Source: Polyangiales bacterium | GTDB taxonomy: Bacteria; Myxococcota_A; Polyangia; Polyangiales; Ga0077539 | Assembly (NCBI GenBank): GCA_044229975.1 | Contig: JBGARZ010000019.1 | Location: 32,001 to 96,000 of the forward strand | Reading direction: 5' to 3' | DNA: 64,000 bases | Part shown: in pieces, positions 9,035-18,892 of the stretch | Position numbering within the stretch: the first letter of the stretch is position 1 | Layout of the letters: the number at the start of each line of letters is the position of its first letter | Translations under genes and position numbers: made by a program | The notes under the pieces: generated by a model | Database searches by the model: none | Seen by the model: the letters and a program-made list of their open reading frames with translations, nothing else | Told to the model about the DNA's origin: nothing

Positions 9035-10837
9035 ATGAAGATCGAATGCCAGAGCTGCGGAGCGGCCTACAAGATCGCGGACGAGAAGGTCCAGGGTAAG
9101 AAGGTCTTCAAGATCAAGTGCAAGAAGTGCTCGTCGGACATCATCGTCCGCGGCACCGACTACGCCGCGGAGGTGCAGCGTCCTGTCGAGGACGAGGCGA
9201 CGCGCGCGATGTCGACGGACGTCGGCGGCGACGTCATCTGGCATGTGGTGCTCAACGGTGAGCAGCAGGGGCCGTTCAGCGTGGCGCAGGTCGCCGAGAT
9301 GCTCGCCCAGGGCAACATCGACGCGGAGACCTATGTCTGGCGCGATGGCTTCGACGGGTGGCTGCCGCTCCAGGAGGTCGGCGAGCTTGCGTCGGTCTTC
9401 GGCGCGCCGCCGTCGCAGGAGCCCGAGGCGCCCTTCATGGGCAACGACCTGTTCGCATCCATCGCGCCGCCCGCGGCGGAGATGCCGATCGCCGCCCCGG
9501 CGCCTGCCCCAGCTCCCGCCCCGGCACCGCAGGCCGCGAGCGATTTCTACGCAGCGCCCGAGCAGTCGAAGAGCAGCAGCCGACCGGTCAGCGCCGAGCC
9601 CGTGAAGGCGCGCGCGAAGGTCGGCGGCGGCGATCTCTTCGCGACCGAAGCGCGCGCGCAAGAGGCGTCCAAGCCCCTGTTCTCCAACGACGAAGCCACG
9701 GTCACGACCACGGGTAGCGGCGGTGGTGGTGGCGGTGGCGACAGCATGACCGGGCAGCGCAACGAGAACTCGGTGCTCTTCTCCCTCGCGACCCTCCAGC
9801 AGCTCTCCGGCCCCAAGGAGACGCCCGCGGCGTCGAGCTCCGCGGGCGGTGACTCCAGCGGTCTCATCGACATCAACAAGCTCGCCGGCGCCCTCAACGC
9901 GGGCCCGGGGTCGAAGTCGAAGAGCTCCGTGGACGACATCCTCACGGTGGGCGCGTCGGGTGGGCTCAGCTCTCCGCTCGCGGCACCCGTGCTCGCGCCG
10001 GTCGCGGTTCCGGTCGCGGCCATGGTGGCGCCGGTCGCTCCGCCGCCGCAGGCCGCGGGGTCCAAGAGCATGACCGGGGCGATCATCGCCGCGGCGCTCA
10101 TCGTCGTCGCCGGTGGCCTCGGCGCGATGGCCCTCTACTTGAGCCGCAGCGAGCCGCCGGCGCCAGTGGTCGCGGCCAACACCAACACCAACACGCCCCC
10201 GCCGGCTTCGACGACTCCTGAACCGACGCCGACCGCGCAGCCCGAGAGCGCGCCGACGCCTCCGCCGACGACGGCTCCCACGCCCGCTCCGGCGGTGGCG
10301 CCGACGGCGGCGGCGAGCCCTGCGCCCGAGGCGCGCGATCGTGAGCGAAGCCGCGAGCGCGAGCGTGATCGCGGGTCGAACTCCGCCGCCCACGCGCCGA
10401 CGACCGCGCCTACGCCGACGCCTTCCCCGGCGCCATCGGCGCCCGCCGCTCCTGCGGCGCGTCCCCGTCCGGCCACCACGGGTGGCAGCCTCGAACAGCT
10501 CATGAACCAGGTCGGCGGTGGTGGCCCGACTCCCGCCCGACCCGCGGCCGCGGCGGCCCCGGCGGCGGGCGTCCCCGATCTGCCTGGGCGTCCAGACGTG
10601 GCGGCAGCGATGCGTGGCGTTGGTCCGGCGGTGCGCGCGTGTGGTACCGGGCAGGGCGGCACCGCGACCGTCACGGTGGTCTTCAACAGCCAGGGCAGCG
10701 TCAACACCGCCAACGTCGCGCCTCCCGCCGCGGGCACCCCGGTCGGGAGCTGCGTCGCTCGCGCGGTTCGCGGCGCGCACATCCCGCCCTTTGGTCGTCC
10801 GACCTTCTCCGTCACCTACCCCTTCCCCCTCAACTGA
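9035..10837 (+). CDS. GltJ/AgmX-like protein: zinc ribbon + GYF_2 + TM + TonB-C-like domain
   Basis: MKIECQSC..KIKCKKC zinc ribbon; WHVVLNGEQQGPF..YVWRDGFDGW GYF_2; RNENSVLFSL linker motif; TM; C-terminal C..C domain ending VTYPFPL. Confidence 0.75.
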   Translation: MKIECQSCGAAYKIADEKVQGKKVFKIKCKKCSSDIIVRGTDYAAEVQRPVEDEATRAMSTDVGGDVIWHVVLNGEQQGPFSVAQVAEMLAQGNIDAETYVWRDGFDGWLPLQEVGELASVFGAPPSQEPEAPFMGNDLFASIAPPAAEMPIAAPAPAPAPAPAPQAASDFYAAPEQSKSSSRPVSAEPVKARAKVGGGDLFATEARAQEASKPLFSNDEATVTTTGSGGGGGGGDSMTGQRNENSVLFSLATLQQLSGPKETPAASSSAGGDSSGLIDINKLAGALNAGPGSKSKSSVDDILTVGASGGLSSPLAAPVLAPVAVPVAAMVAPVAPPPQAAGSKSMTGAIIAAALIVVAGGLGAMALYLSRSEPPAPVVAANTNTNTPPPASTTPEPTPTAQPESAPTPPPTTAPTPAPAVAPTAAASPAPEARDRERSRERERDRGSNSAAHAPTTAPTPTPSPAPSAPAAPAARPRPATTGGSLEQLMNQVGGGGPTPARPAAAAAPAAGVPDLPGRPDVAAAMRGVGPAVRACGTGQGGTATVTVVFNSQGSVNTANVAPPAAGTPVGSCVARAVRGAHIPPFGRPTFSVTYPFPLN

Positions 10838-10889
10838 CCTGTCGCCGTCGCGGTTGACCCCGCGCGTCGTCCGCCGCGATGCTCCGCGC

Positions 10890-11159
10890 GTGGACCTCGC
10901 TCGCACGGTCTCGCTCGTCCAGCACGCGCTCGTCCTCGCGCTCTCCGTCGCTGGTCCAGCGCTGCTCGCTTCGGCGCTCGTCGGCCTCGTGGTGGCCGTC
11001 GTCGGCGCGCCGCTGCGCCTCACCGACCCGTCGCTCGTCGCCGTCCCGCGGCTCGTCGCCGTCGCGGCCGTGCTCGGACTCTCCGCCGCGTGGGGCGCCA
11101 GCGCGGTCGCGCAGTTCGCGCGCTACGTCTGGACCTCCATGCCCGCCTGGGTCGCGTGA
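10890..11159 (+). CDS. FliQ/SctS-like export-gate small membrane protein
   Basis: 89 aa from GTG 10890; ALVLALSVAGPALLASALVGLVVAVV..LTDPSLVAVPRLVAV resembles the FliQ pattern; GTGA overlap with next gene. Confidence 0.65.
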   Translation: MDLARTVSLVQHALVLALSVAGPALLASALVGLVVAVVGAPLRLTDPSLVAVPRLVAVAAVLGLSAAWGASAVAQFARYVWTSMPAWVA

Positions 11160-11863
11160 CCCTCCTTGCGCTCGCGCTGCTCGGGCTCACGGTGCTCGCG
11201 CTGCGGGTGGTTCCGTTGCTCTGGCTCGCGACCCGCGCGCTCTCTCCGCTGCGCTCGGGCCTGCTCGTCGCTGTCGCCATCTCGCTCGTCGTCGGGATGC
11301 GCGCGGGCGTCGGTGCGCTCCCCCTCGACGCGTGGCTGATCGTCACCGCGCTTCGTGAGCTCGCGCTCGGCGTCGCCCTCGCGCTGGTGCTCGGTGCGCC
11401 GCTCGTCGCGGTGAGCGTCGCGGGGCAGTGGGTCGATCGGCCCTGGTCCAACGGTGACGGTCCCTTCGCGCGGCTGCTGTCCCTCGTCGCCGCGATGACG
11501 CTGCTCGCGTCGGGCGCGCACCGCGGGGTGACGCGCGCGCTCGCGGCGACCTACGACGTGCTGCCCATCACCGCGCGAGAGTGGTCGGTGTCGACGTCGT
11601 GGTCCGCGGCGACGGGCGCGGTCGCGGCGGGTCTGTCGGCCGCCTCGACGCTCGCGGCGTCGGTGCTGCTCGCGGTGCTCGCCATGGAGCTCACCGTGGC
11701 GTTCGCGGGTCGCGTCGGCGCGCCGTGGGAGCGAGCGGAGGTCAGGGTACCCGCGAGGGAGGTCGCGCTGCTCGGGGCGGTGGCCATCTCGCTCGGCGCC
11801 TGGACGGGGGCGGTGCGCTCCCTGGCGGCCACGGCGTTGGAGGCGGTCGCGACGTTGAGGTGA
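11156..11863 (+). CDS. FliR/SctT-like export-gate membrane protein (divergent)
   Basis: 235 aa hydrophobic; RELALGVALAL, VAGQWVD, GAH..ALAATYDVLP, LAASVLLAVLAMEL..AGRV follow FliR spacing; coupled to fliQ-like gene. Confidence 0.6.
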   Translation: MTLLALALLGLTVLALRVVPLLWLATRALSPLRSGLLVAVAISLVVGMRAGVGALPLDAWLIVTALRELALGVALALVLGAPLVAVSVAGQWVDRPWSNGDGPFARLLSLVAAMTLLASGAHRGVTRALAATYDVLPITAREWSVSTSWSAATGAVAAGLSAASTLAASVLLAVLAMELTVAFAGRVGAPWERAEVRVPAREVALLGAVAISLGAWTGAVRSLAATALEAVATLR

Positions 11864-11958
11864 CAAGCGATGCTTCGCGCCGTCGCGAAGTAGGCCCGCG
11901 CACGGGGCGTCGTGATAAGGGCAGTGGGCGTCGTCGAACCGCATCCCGGAGAACGGAC

Positions 11959-12480
11959 ATGAAGAAGCTCAAGGTGCTGCTGGATGAAGAGACCCTCGCC
12001 AAGCGCGTGAAGGAGCTGGGTGAGCAGATCACCCGCGACTACGCCGATGCCGAGCACCTCGTCGTGGTGCCCATCATGAAGGGCAGCTTCCTCTTCGCGG
12101 CTGACCTCATCCGGCACATCGATCGGGAGCTGTCGGTGGAGTTCCTGGGGCTGCGCTCGTACGGCAGCGGAACCGAATCGTCGGGCGTCGTGCAGATCAC
12201 CTACGACCTCACGCAGTCGGTCACCCACCAGCACGTGCTCGTGGTGGAGGACATCGTCGATACCGGGCTCTCCATGCGCTACCTGCTGGAGAACCTCGGC
12301 ACCCGGCAGCCCAAGTCGCTCAAGCTCTGCTCGCTGCTGCACAAGCCCGCGCGCACCCGCGTGAAGGTGCCCATCGACTACCTCGGCTTCACCATCGACG
12401 ACCACTTCGTCGTCGGGTACGGGCTCGACTACGCGGAGAAGTTCCGCAACCTGCCGTACATCGGCGTCATCGAAAACTGA
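11959..12480 (+). CDS. hpt: Hypoxanthine phosphoribosyltransferase
   Basis: MKGSFLFAADL, SYG..SSG, VLVVEDIVDTG PRPP motif, FVVGYGLDY..RNLPY; ATG 11959 after GGAG. Confidence 0.95.
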   Translation: MKKLKVLLDEETLAKRVKELGEQITRDYADAEHLVVVPIMKGSFLFAADLIRHIDRELSVEFLGLRSYGSGTESSGVVQITYDLTQSVTHQHVLVVEDIVDTGLSMRYLLENLGTRQPKSLKLCSLLHKPARTRVKVPIDYLGFTIDDHFVVGYGLDYAEKFRNLPYIGVIEN

Positions 12481-12496
12481 CCCGGAGGAGCGCGCG

Positions 12497-12811
12497 ATGC
12501 CCACCCGCCTCGAAGCCCTGGAGATGATGGTCTCCAAGGAGCCCAACGACCCCTTCCCCTACTACGGCCTCGCCCTCGAATACCGCAGCGCCGGGCGGCT
12601 CGCCGACTGCCTCGCGGGCTTCGCGAAGCTCCAGGCGAAGTTCCCGGATTACGTTCCCATGTATCTGATGGCCGCCCAGGTGAGCCAGGAGCTGGCGCTC
12701 ACCGCCGATGCCCGCCGCTGGTGCACCGACGGCATCGCCGCGGCGCAGCGCAAGCGCGACGGACACGCCCTGGGCGAGCTGGAGTCGCTCCTCGGGAGCC
12801 TGCCGGAGTGA
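12497..12811 (+). CDS. Small tetratricopeptide-repeat protein
   Basis: PNDPFPYYGLALEY and FPDYVPMY helical TPR-like units; GGAGG SD. Confidence 0.75.
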   Translation: MPTRLEALEMMVSKEPNDPFPYYGLALEYRSAGRLADCLAGFAKLQAKFPDYVPMYLMAAQVSQELALTADARRWCTDGIAAAQRKRDGHALGELESLLGSLPE

Positions 12812-13656
12812 CCGTCTCGTTCAGCTTCGAGGGCGACGCGCCGACGCCGCGCGACGCCGCCACGGTGCTCGTCGTGCGTGACTCACCCAACGGCCCCGAG
12901 GTGTTCTTCGTGAAGCGCGCGGCGGGTGTGCGCTTCATGGGCGGCGCGTACGTCTTCCCTGGCGGGCGGCTCGACCCCGAAGACGCCGACCCCGCGGTGG
13001 CGTGCGATCTCGACGCGGCGACCTGCGCGCAACGCCTGGGCGACGACGACCCCGCGCGGGCGAGGGCGCTGCACGTCGCGGCGCTGCGCGAGTGCCTCGA
13101 AGAGTCGGGGCTGCTGCTGTCGGCCGCACCCGTCGACGCGGATGTCGTCGATGCGCTGCGCAGTGCGCTCGTCCCGAGGGAGCGGCCGACGCTCGCGGCG
13201 CTGTTGCAGACCCACGGGGTGACGCTGTCGTGCGCGGCGCTCATCCCGTGGTCGCGGTGGGTCACGCCGCGGCAGGAGACCAAGCGCTTCGACGCGAGGT
13301 TCTTCGTGGCGCGCGCGCCGTCGGATGTCAGCCGCGCGCAGCACGACGGCGGAGAGACCGTCGCGAGCGGGTGGCTCACCCCGGCCGATGCCATCGCGAA
13401 GGCGCGCGCCGGGGAGATCGTGCTCGCGCCGCCCACCTGGCGAACGCTCGCCGAGATCGCCGACGCGCCCGACGTCGCGGCGCTGCTCAACGTCGCGCAC
13501 TCGCCGTCCGTCGCGTGGGAGCCGTCGGTGCTCGCCGTCGACGACACGTTTGCAGTGCTGCTCCCGGACGACCCCGATCACCCCGAGGCGCTGAGCACAC
13601 CTCGCCCCGGCCTGCCCACCCGCTTCACGTATCGCGATGGAACCTGGGAGACCTGA
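12808..13656 (+). CDS. NUDIX hydrolase (NUDT19-like)
   Basis: RDAATVLVVRD, FMGGAYVFPGGRLD, AALRECLEESG nudix box, WVTP..RFDARFF; GTGA overlap with TPR gene. Confidence 0.88.
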   Translation: MTVSFSFEGDAPTPRDAATVLVVRDSPNGPEVFFVKRAAGVRFMGGAYVFPGGRLDPEDADPAVACDLDAATCAQRLGDDDPARARALHVAALRECLEESGLLLSAAPVDADVVDALRSALVPRERPTLAALLQTHGVTLSCAALIPWSRWVTPRQETKRFDARFFVARAPSDVSRAQHDGGETVASGWLTPADAIAKARAGEIVLAPPTWRTLAEIADAPDVAALLNVAHSPSVAWEPSVLAVDDTFAVLLPDDPDHPEALSTPRPGLPTRFTYRDGTWET

Positions 13657-13716
13657 CGCAGGTCGCCGCAGCAGGAGGGGTTTCCGTGGCGAAATGGTCG
13701 CGGTACCGTCAGAGTC

Positions 13717-15051
13717 ATGACAGATGCTCCAAGACGAACTGGGGGGTCCAGTGTCCAGCAGTCGACGCCGCGATCGAGCGGGACGCGGCCGCGCGCCGCG
13801 AACGTGGAGCCCGTCTATCTGGCGTCGCAGCTCGCGTCGATCTGTGATGTCGATCTGAAGACGATCCACAACTGGTGTCACCGCCTCGACGAGCGCTCGT
13901 CCGAGGCAGCGCTGGAGTCGTTTCGTACGACGGGTGGGCACCTGCGATTTCGCCAGTCGTCGGTGCTGAAGTTCCTGGAGCGCTGGGGCTACCCGACGCC
14001 CGACGCGCTGCTGCGCGACCGCCCGCATGTGCTGGTGGTGGAGAGCGATCGAGAGGCGCGTCGCGCGATGATCGCCTCCATGGCCATGACGCGCCTGGGT
14101 GACGATCCGTCGGTGGTTCCCAATGCGGGAGACGGGACGGGTCGCTGGGTCAGCGCGGAGGCGTACCTGCACGTGTGGGGCGACCCGTACGACGCGCTCG
14201 TCGGCCTCGGCGAACGAGCGGGCGCAGCGGCGGCGCCGGATGCCGTGGTGCTCGGTGAGGGGCTGGGTGACAGCCTCCCGCGCTGGGTCGCGGCGGCGCG
14301 CGGACGCATCGACGAGAGCCTCCGCGTGGTCGTGCTCGACGGGCGCGCGGCGGGGTCCGTCGAGGGCGTGATCCGCGGACCGCACGGGGCGTTGCGGGGA
14401 TTGCTGGCCGAGGCGCTCACGGCGACGAAGGCGGCGCCCGCGCGCAAGCGGTCGACGTCGACGCGGCGGGTGCCCATCGCGCCGCGCGAGCCCATCTTCG
14501 TGGCGTCGCAGGTGGCGAGCCTCTGGGGCGTCGACCTCAAGACGGTGCACGGCTGGGTGGAGAGCGGCGACGTCGAGGCGTTTCGCACGCCGGGTGGACA
14601 CCTGCGCTTCCGGCGACGCGCGCTGCTCGACCTCTTGCGGCGCTTCCACATGCCCATCCCGATGAGCCTCGGGCCGCGGAGGCCGATGGTGCTCGCGGTG
14701 GTTCCTGATGCGGACGTCGTCGCGAAGCTCGCGATGTCGCTCGGCGACACCTTCGACATCATCTCTCGCGCCGACCCGATGGAGGGCCTCGCCGAGATCG
14801 GGACCCTCTGCGCCGGCACCGGCATGCTCGACGCCATCGTGGTGTCGCTCCCGTCGCCGGGCGTCGACGCGCAGCGGTGGATTCGCGCGGTGCGCTCGCA
14901 CCCCGACACCCGCTACGGTCGGCTGGTGGTGCTCGGCGGCAGCCCCGACGAGCAGCGCGCCTGGCAGGCGCTCGGCGTCAGCGCGACGCTCGACCTCGCG
15001 AGCGTGGGCCTCGTGCGAACCGTGCTCGAGCGGGCGCTCGGCCTCGCCTGA
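13717..15051 (+). CDS. Tandem (excisionase-type HTH + degenerate receiver) x2 regulator
   Basis: Two copies of ASQ.AS...VDLKT.H.W....FRT.GGHLRF, each followed by a REC-like beta/alpha segment. Confidence 0.75.
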   Translation: MTDAPRRTGGSSVQQSTPRSSGTRPRAANVEPVYLASQLASICDVDLKTIHNWCHRLDERSSEAALESFRTTGGHLRFRQSSVLKFLERWGYPTPDALLRDRPHVLVVESDREARRAMIASMAMTRLGDDPSVVPNAGDGTGRWVSAEAYLHVWGDPYDALVGLGERAGAAAAPDAVVLGEGLGDSLPRWVAAARGRIDESLRVVVLDGRAAGSVEGVIRGPHGALRGLLAEALTATKAAPARKRSTSTRRVPIAPREPIFVASQVASLWGVDLKTVHGWVESGDVEAFRTPGGHLRFRRRALLDLLRRFHMPIPMSLGPRRPMVLAVVPDADVVAKLAMSLGDTFDIISRADPMEGLAEIGTLCAGTGMLDAIVVSLPSPGVDAQRWIRAVRSHPDTRYGRLVVLGGSPDEQRAWQALGVSATLDLASVGLVRTVLERALGLA

Positions 15052-15085
15052 CGGGCCCGCGCCGTGATACGTCGGGGGCCCTTCC

Positions 15086-16054
15086 ATGGCGACCCCCGAG
15101 CCTTCGTCCAAGCGCAGCGGACCACTGAAAACCGCTGAGTTCGAGCCCCCGTCCGAGGCGTCGAAGTACCTCCCCTATGTCGCCGTCGCGGGCGTGCTGG
15201 GCGGGCTCGTGGTCACCGTCGCGAAGTCACCGCACTACGCCGTCTACGCCGCGACCGTCCTCGTCGGGCTCGCGATGCTGGGCCTCGCCTACGTCGCGTG
15301 GGACCACACCACCACGCTCCCCGACGGCGATCGGCTGCGCCCCGGCGCGCGCGCCGTGACCATCGCGGTGCTGCTCGCGAGCTTCGCGCCGACGGCGATC
15401 TCCCTCTTTCCTCCGCCGCCGCAGTCGGTGGTGCGCTTGACCCGACCGGGCGACCGCGTCGACGTCACCGTGCGCGGCGCGGCGGCGGCGGTGGTGCTCG
15501 AAGCCGAAGGGGCGTTCATGCCCGAGGTAGGCGCCGAGGCGCGGGCGCAGTTCGAGCTCACGGTGTCGCGCGGATCGACCACGGAAAACGTCCAGGGGTT
15601 GTTTCAGCGCGTGACCGAGGAGGGCGGCGCGTCGACCCGCGGGGCGCGTCAGGTCGAGGCGACCATGGCCTCGCGACACGTGCTCACGAGCATCCGCGGC
15701 CCCGGCGCGCTCACGGTGATGCTCGACCGGCTGCCCGAGTCGGTGCAACCGCCGCTGCGGGTGATGGTGCGCGCGGAGCCCTTCTCGCAGACCATGCTGG
15801 CGGTGCTGTTCGGGCTGCTGGTGGTCGCGGCGCTGTGGGTCGACGTGAAGCTCTCGCGGCGGAAGATCGAGACGGCCTTCGCGGCGGCGCTCGGGGTCGT
15901 GCTCGCGGCGACGTTCTATCTGCACGGTCACTTCACGCGCGCGTCGCTGCCGTCCGACCTGCTGGCCGCCGCGCTGGTGGGCGTGCTCGGCGGCGGCGTG
16001 GGCGGTGAGATCCTGGCGAGAATCGCGCGGGCCGTGGCGCCCGGTCAGTCGTAG
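15086..16054 (+). CDS. Multi-pass membrane protein, unknown function
   Basis: N- and C-terminal hydrophobic helices around a soluble beta-rich domain; coding-like codon bias. Confidence 0.65.
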   Translation: MATPEPSSKRSGPLKTAEFEPPSEASKYLPYVAVAGVLGGLVVTVAKSPHYAVYAATVLVGLAMLGLAYVAWDHTTTLPDGDRLRPGARAVTIAVLLASFAPTAISLFPPPPQSVVRLTRPGDRVDVTVRGAAAAVVLEAEGAFMPEVGAEARAQFELTVSRGSTTENVQGLFQRVTEEGGASTRGARQVEATMASRHVLTSIRGPGALTVMLDRLPESVQPPLRVMVRAEPFSQTMLAVLFGLLVVAALWVDVKLSRRKIETAFAAALGVVLAATFYLHGHFTRASLPSDLLAAALVGVLGGGVGGEILARIARAVAPGQS

Positions 16055-16077
16055 TCCACACGAGAGGGAGAGCGAAG

Positions 16078-17649
16078 ATGCCGACGATGCGAGAGCGGGT
16101 GGCGGCGCTGGAGGCCCGGCGCGCCAAGGTCGAGGAGATGGGCGGGGCCGACAAGGTCGCCCGCCAGCACGAGCGCGGAAAGCTCACGGCGCGCGAGCGC
16201 TTCGCCCTCTTCTTCGACGGCGGAACCTTCTTCGAAGTAGGCGCCCACGGCACGCAGATGGGCATCGCGGCGGGCGCCGACGGCAGCGACAAGCCCGCGG
16301 CCGACGCCGTGGTGTGCGGCTTCGGCAAGGTCGACGGGCGCGTGGTCTGCGCAGCGGCGTACGACTTCACCGTGAAGGGCGGGTCCATCGGTGAGGTGGG
16401 CGAGGTGAAGGTCACCCGCATGCGGGAGATGGCGTTGAAGGGCCGTCACCCGATGGTGTGGTTCATCGACTCGGCGGGGGCGCGCATCGAGCCGGGGCGC
16501 GGGAGCGAGGACGAGATCTCGCGCTTCGCCGGCAGCGGGCATCTCTTCCGCGAAGAGGTCTTGATGAGCGGCGTCGTCCCGCAGGTGGCCGCCATGGTGG
16601 GCCCCGGCGCGGCGGGCACGGCGTACATCCCGGGCCTCTCGGACTTCGTCCCGATGGTGAAGAACATCGGCTCCATGGCCCTCGCCGGCCCGCCGCTCGT
16701 GAAGGCCGTCACGGGCGAGGAGGTGGAGGAGCAGGCGCTCGGCGGGTCGAAGGTTCACTGCGAGGTGAGCGGCGTCGGCGACGGCGAGTACCCCGACGAC
16801 GCGAGCTGCATCGCGGCGGTGCGCACATACCTCTCGTACTTCCCGTCGCACTGCGAAGAAGCGCCTCCCGTGCTGCCCTGCACCGACCCCGTCGACCGTC
16901 GGGAGGAGTCCCTGCTCGACCTGGTGCCCGACTCACCGCGGCGCGCGTTCGACATGTACAAGGTCATCCGCGCGGTGGTCGACGTGGGGAGCGTCTTCGA
17001 CATCAAGCCACGCTTCGCGCGCAACCTCATCACCTGCCTCGCGCGCATCAACGGACGCTCGGTGGGTGTCGTCGCCAACAACCCGATGCAGCTCGGCGGC
17101 GTGCTCGACATCGACGCCGCCGACAAGGGCGCGCACTTCATCCAGCTCTGTGATGCGTTCAACATCCCGCTGGTGTTCTTCCAGGACACGCCGGGCTTCA
17201 TGGTGGGCACCAAGGTCGAGCACGCGGGCATCATCCGGCACGGCGCCAAGATGATGCACGCCATGAGCGCGGCGACGGTTCCGAAGCTCACGGTGGTCAC
17301 GCGCAAGGCGTACGGCGCGGGGTACTTCGTGATGTGCGGCCGGGCCTACGAGCCCGACCTGCTGGTGGCCTGGCCCGGCGCGGAGATCTCCGTGATGGGC
17401 GCCGAGGGGATGGTCGGCATCGCGGGGCGAAAGCTCTTCCGCGGTGAGGCGATGCCCCCGGAGATCAAGCAGCAGATGGTGGAGATGATCCAGGGGTACA
17501 TCGACGTGTACAAGGTCGCGGGCTGGGGGCTCGTCGACGACGTCATCGACCCGCGCGACACGCGCCGCGTGCTGGCGATGGGCCTCGAGCTCGCCGCCCA
17601 CAAGAAGGTCGAGCGCCCGTACCGCAAGCGCGGCGTCATCCCGGTCTGA
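16078..17649 (+). CDS. Acyl-CoA carboxylase carboxyltransferase (beta) subunit
   Basis: GKLTARER, DFTVKGGS, DSAGARI, ALGGSKVH, DTPGFMVG, IIRHGAK, RKAYGAG, DDVIDPRDTR. Confidence 0.92.
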   Translation: MPTMRERVAALEARRAKVEEMGGADKVARQHERGKLTARERFALFFDGGTFFEVGAHGTQMGIAAGADGSDKPAADAVVCGFGKVDGRVVCAAAYDFTVKGGSIGEVGEVKVTRMREMALKGRHPMVWFIDSAGARIEPGRGSEDEISRFAGSGHLFREEVLMSGVVPQVAAMVGPGAAGTAYIPGLSDFVPMVKNIGSMALAGPPLVKAVTGEEVEEQALGGSKVHCEVSGVGDGEYPDDASCIAAVRTYLSYFPSHCEEAPPVLPCTDPVDRREESLLDLVPDSPRRAFDMYKVIRAVVDVGSVFDIKPRFARNLITCLARINGRSVGVVANNPMQLGGVLDIDAADKGAHFIQLCDAFNIPLVFFQDTPGFMVGTKVEHAGIIRHGAKMMHAMSAATVPKLTVVTRKAYGAGYFVMCGRAYEPDLLVAWPGAEISVMGAEGMVGIAGRKLFRGEAMPPEIKQQMVEMIQGYIDVYKVAGWGLVDDVIDPRDTRRVLAMGLELAAHKKVERPYRKRGVIPV

Positions 17650-17657
17650 CCCGTCTC

Positions 17658-18842
17658 CTACGAAGCGCTCTCGGCGTCGCGCCACCCACGCACCCACGCA
17701 CCCAGGTCGGCCCAGGCCAGTGGGCGCGCGAAGTAGTACCCCTGCCCGAGGTCTGCCCCCGCGGCGGTGATGAGGTCGGCCACGCGCTCGGTCTCGATGC
17801 CTTCGGCCACGATGGCGATGCCGAGGTCCTTCGCGAGCGACACCGAGCTCGCGACGATGGCGCGCGCGGCCGGGTCGCGGTCCATCACGCGCACGAACTG
17901 GAGGTCGATCTTCATCTCGTCGAAGGGAACGCGGTGGAGCATCTCCAGCGACGCGTGCCCGGTGCCGAAGTCGTCGAGCGTGAGGCCGAAGCCCTTCAGC
18001 CGTAGCCGCGTGAGGATGTCGAGCGCGATCACGGCGCTGTCGGCGACGGAGGTCTCGGTCACCTCGAAGCGCAGGCCGTCGGCGCGGCGGCCGGCGTCGC
18101 GGACGCGGCGCATCACCTGATCGGGAAACCCGCGGTCGACGAGCGCGGCGGGCGGCAGGTTGATGGAGAGCGGGACGGCGCCGTGGTGGCCGAAGGTCGC
18201 CGGGTTGAACTCCCGCAGCGCGACGTCGATCACCTCGTGGGTGAGCGCGAGGGCGAGCCCGTTGCGCTCGGCGAGCGCGATGAAGGTCGCGGGCGAGAGG
18301 AGCCCGCGCTCGGGGTGGCGCCACCGGACGAGGGCCTCGACGCCCACCCAGCGACGCGTGCGGAGGTGAATGAGCGGCTGGTAGTGCACCTCGAGCTCGT
18401 GGCGCGCGAGGGCGCGGCGAAGCTCGTCGAGCGGGGGAATGGCCGCGTCGGTTCTCTCCGTCGTCGGGGCCGGGCGTCGCGCGCGGAGCTGCTCCCGGAT
18501 GGCCTCGATGCGGAGCGGCTTCTCCAGCAGGCCGACGACGCTGAGGCCGAGCTGCGTGGCGAGCGCCGAGGTCGAGTGGAGCACCCGGCGGCTCATGCCG
18601 CTCATCAGCACGATGTCGGTGCGGCAGTCGGCCTCGGCGAGCAGGCGGAGCACCTCGACGCCGTCGAGCTGCGGCATCGCGAGGTCGAGCACGATGAGGC
18701 TCGGCTTGCGGTGTAGCGCATCCAGCAGCAGGGCGGGGTCGCTGAACTCGACGGCGTCGAGGCCCAGCGAACGCGCGACGCGGGCGACGAGTCCGCTGAT
18801 GAGCGGCTCGTCGTCGAGGACGAGTAGGAGAGGCGTAGTCAC
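17658..18842 (-). CDS. Response regulator with EAL (c-di-GMP phosphodiesterase) domain
   Basis: REC: VLDDE, VLDLAMP, EKP; EAL: YQP, EALVRW, FEVTE, DDFGTG, KID, AEGIE, QGYYF. Confidence 0.92.
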   Translation of the reverse strand: MTTPLLLVLDDEPLISGLVARVARSLGLDAVEFSDPALLLDALHRKPSLIVLDLAMPQLDGVEVLRLLAEADCRTDIVLMSGMSRRVLHSTSALATQLGLSVVGLLEKPLRIEAIREQLRARRPAPTTERTDAAIPPLDELRRALARHELEVHYQPLIHLRTRRWVGVEALVRWRHPERGLLSPATFIALAERNGLALALTHEVIDVALREFNPATFGHHGAVPLSINLPPAALVDRGFPDQVMRRVRDAGRRADGLRFEVTETSVADSAVIALDILTRLRLKGFGLTLDDFGTGHASLEMLHRVPFDEMKIDLQFVRVMDRDPAARAIVASSVSLAKDLGIAIVAEGIETERVADLITAAGADLGQGYYFARPLAWADLGAWVRGWRDAESAS

Positions 18843-18892
18843 AGGGAGACCGGTGCCTCCAGGGGTGTCGGTTGTTGAGAGCCGTGAGAGCT

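Noticed and set aside
2845..11863. Flagellar gene cluster (MotB-like plus FliQ/FliR-like)
   Set aside because: The MotB-like protein is a lipoprotein without the TM Asp or a motA partner, and no other flagellar genes are present
13717..15051. Prophage or ICE suggested by excisionase-like HTH
   Set aside because: The HTH is fused to receiver-like domains; no integrase, att sites or phage genes nearby
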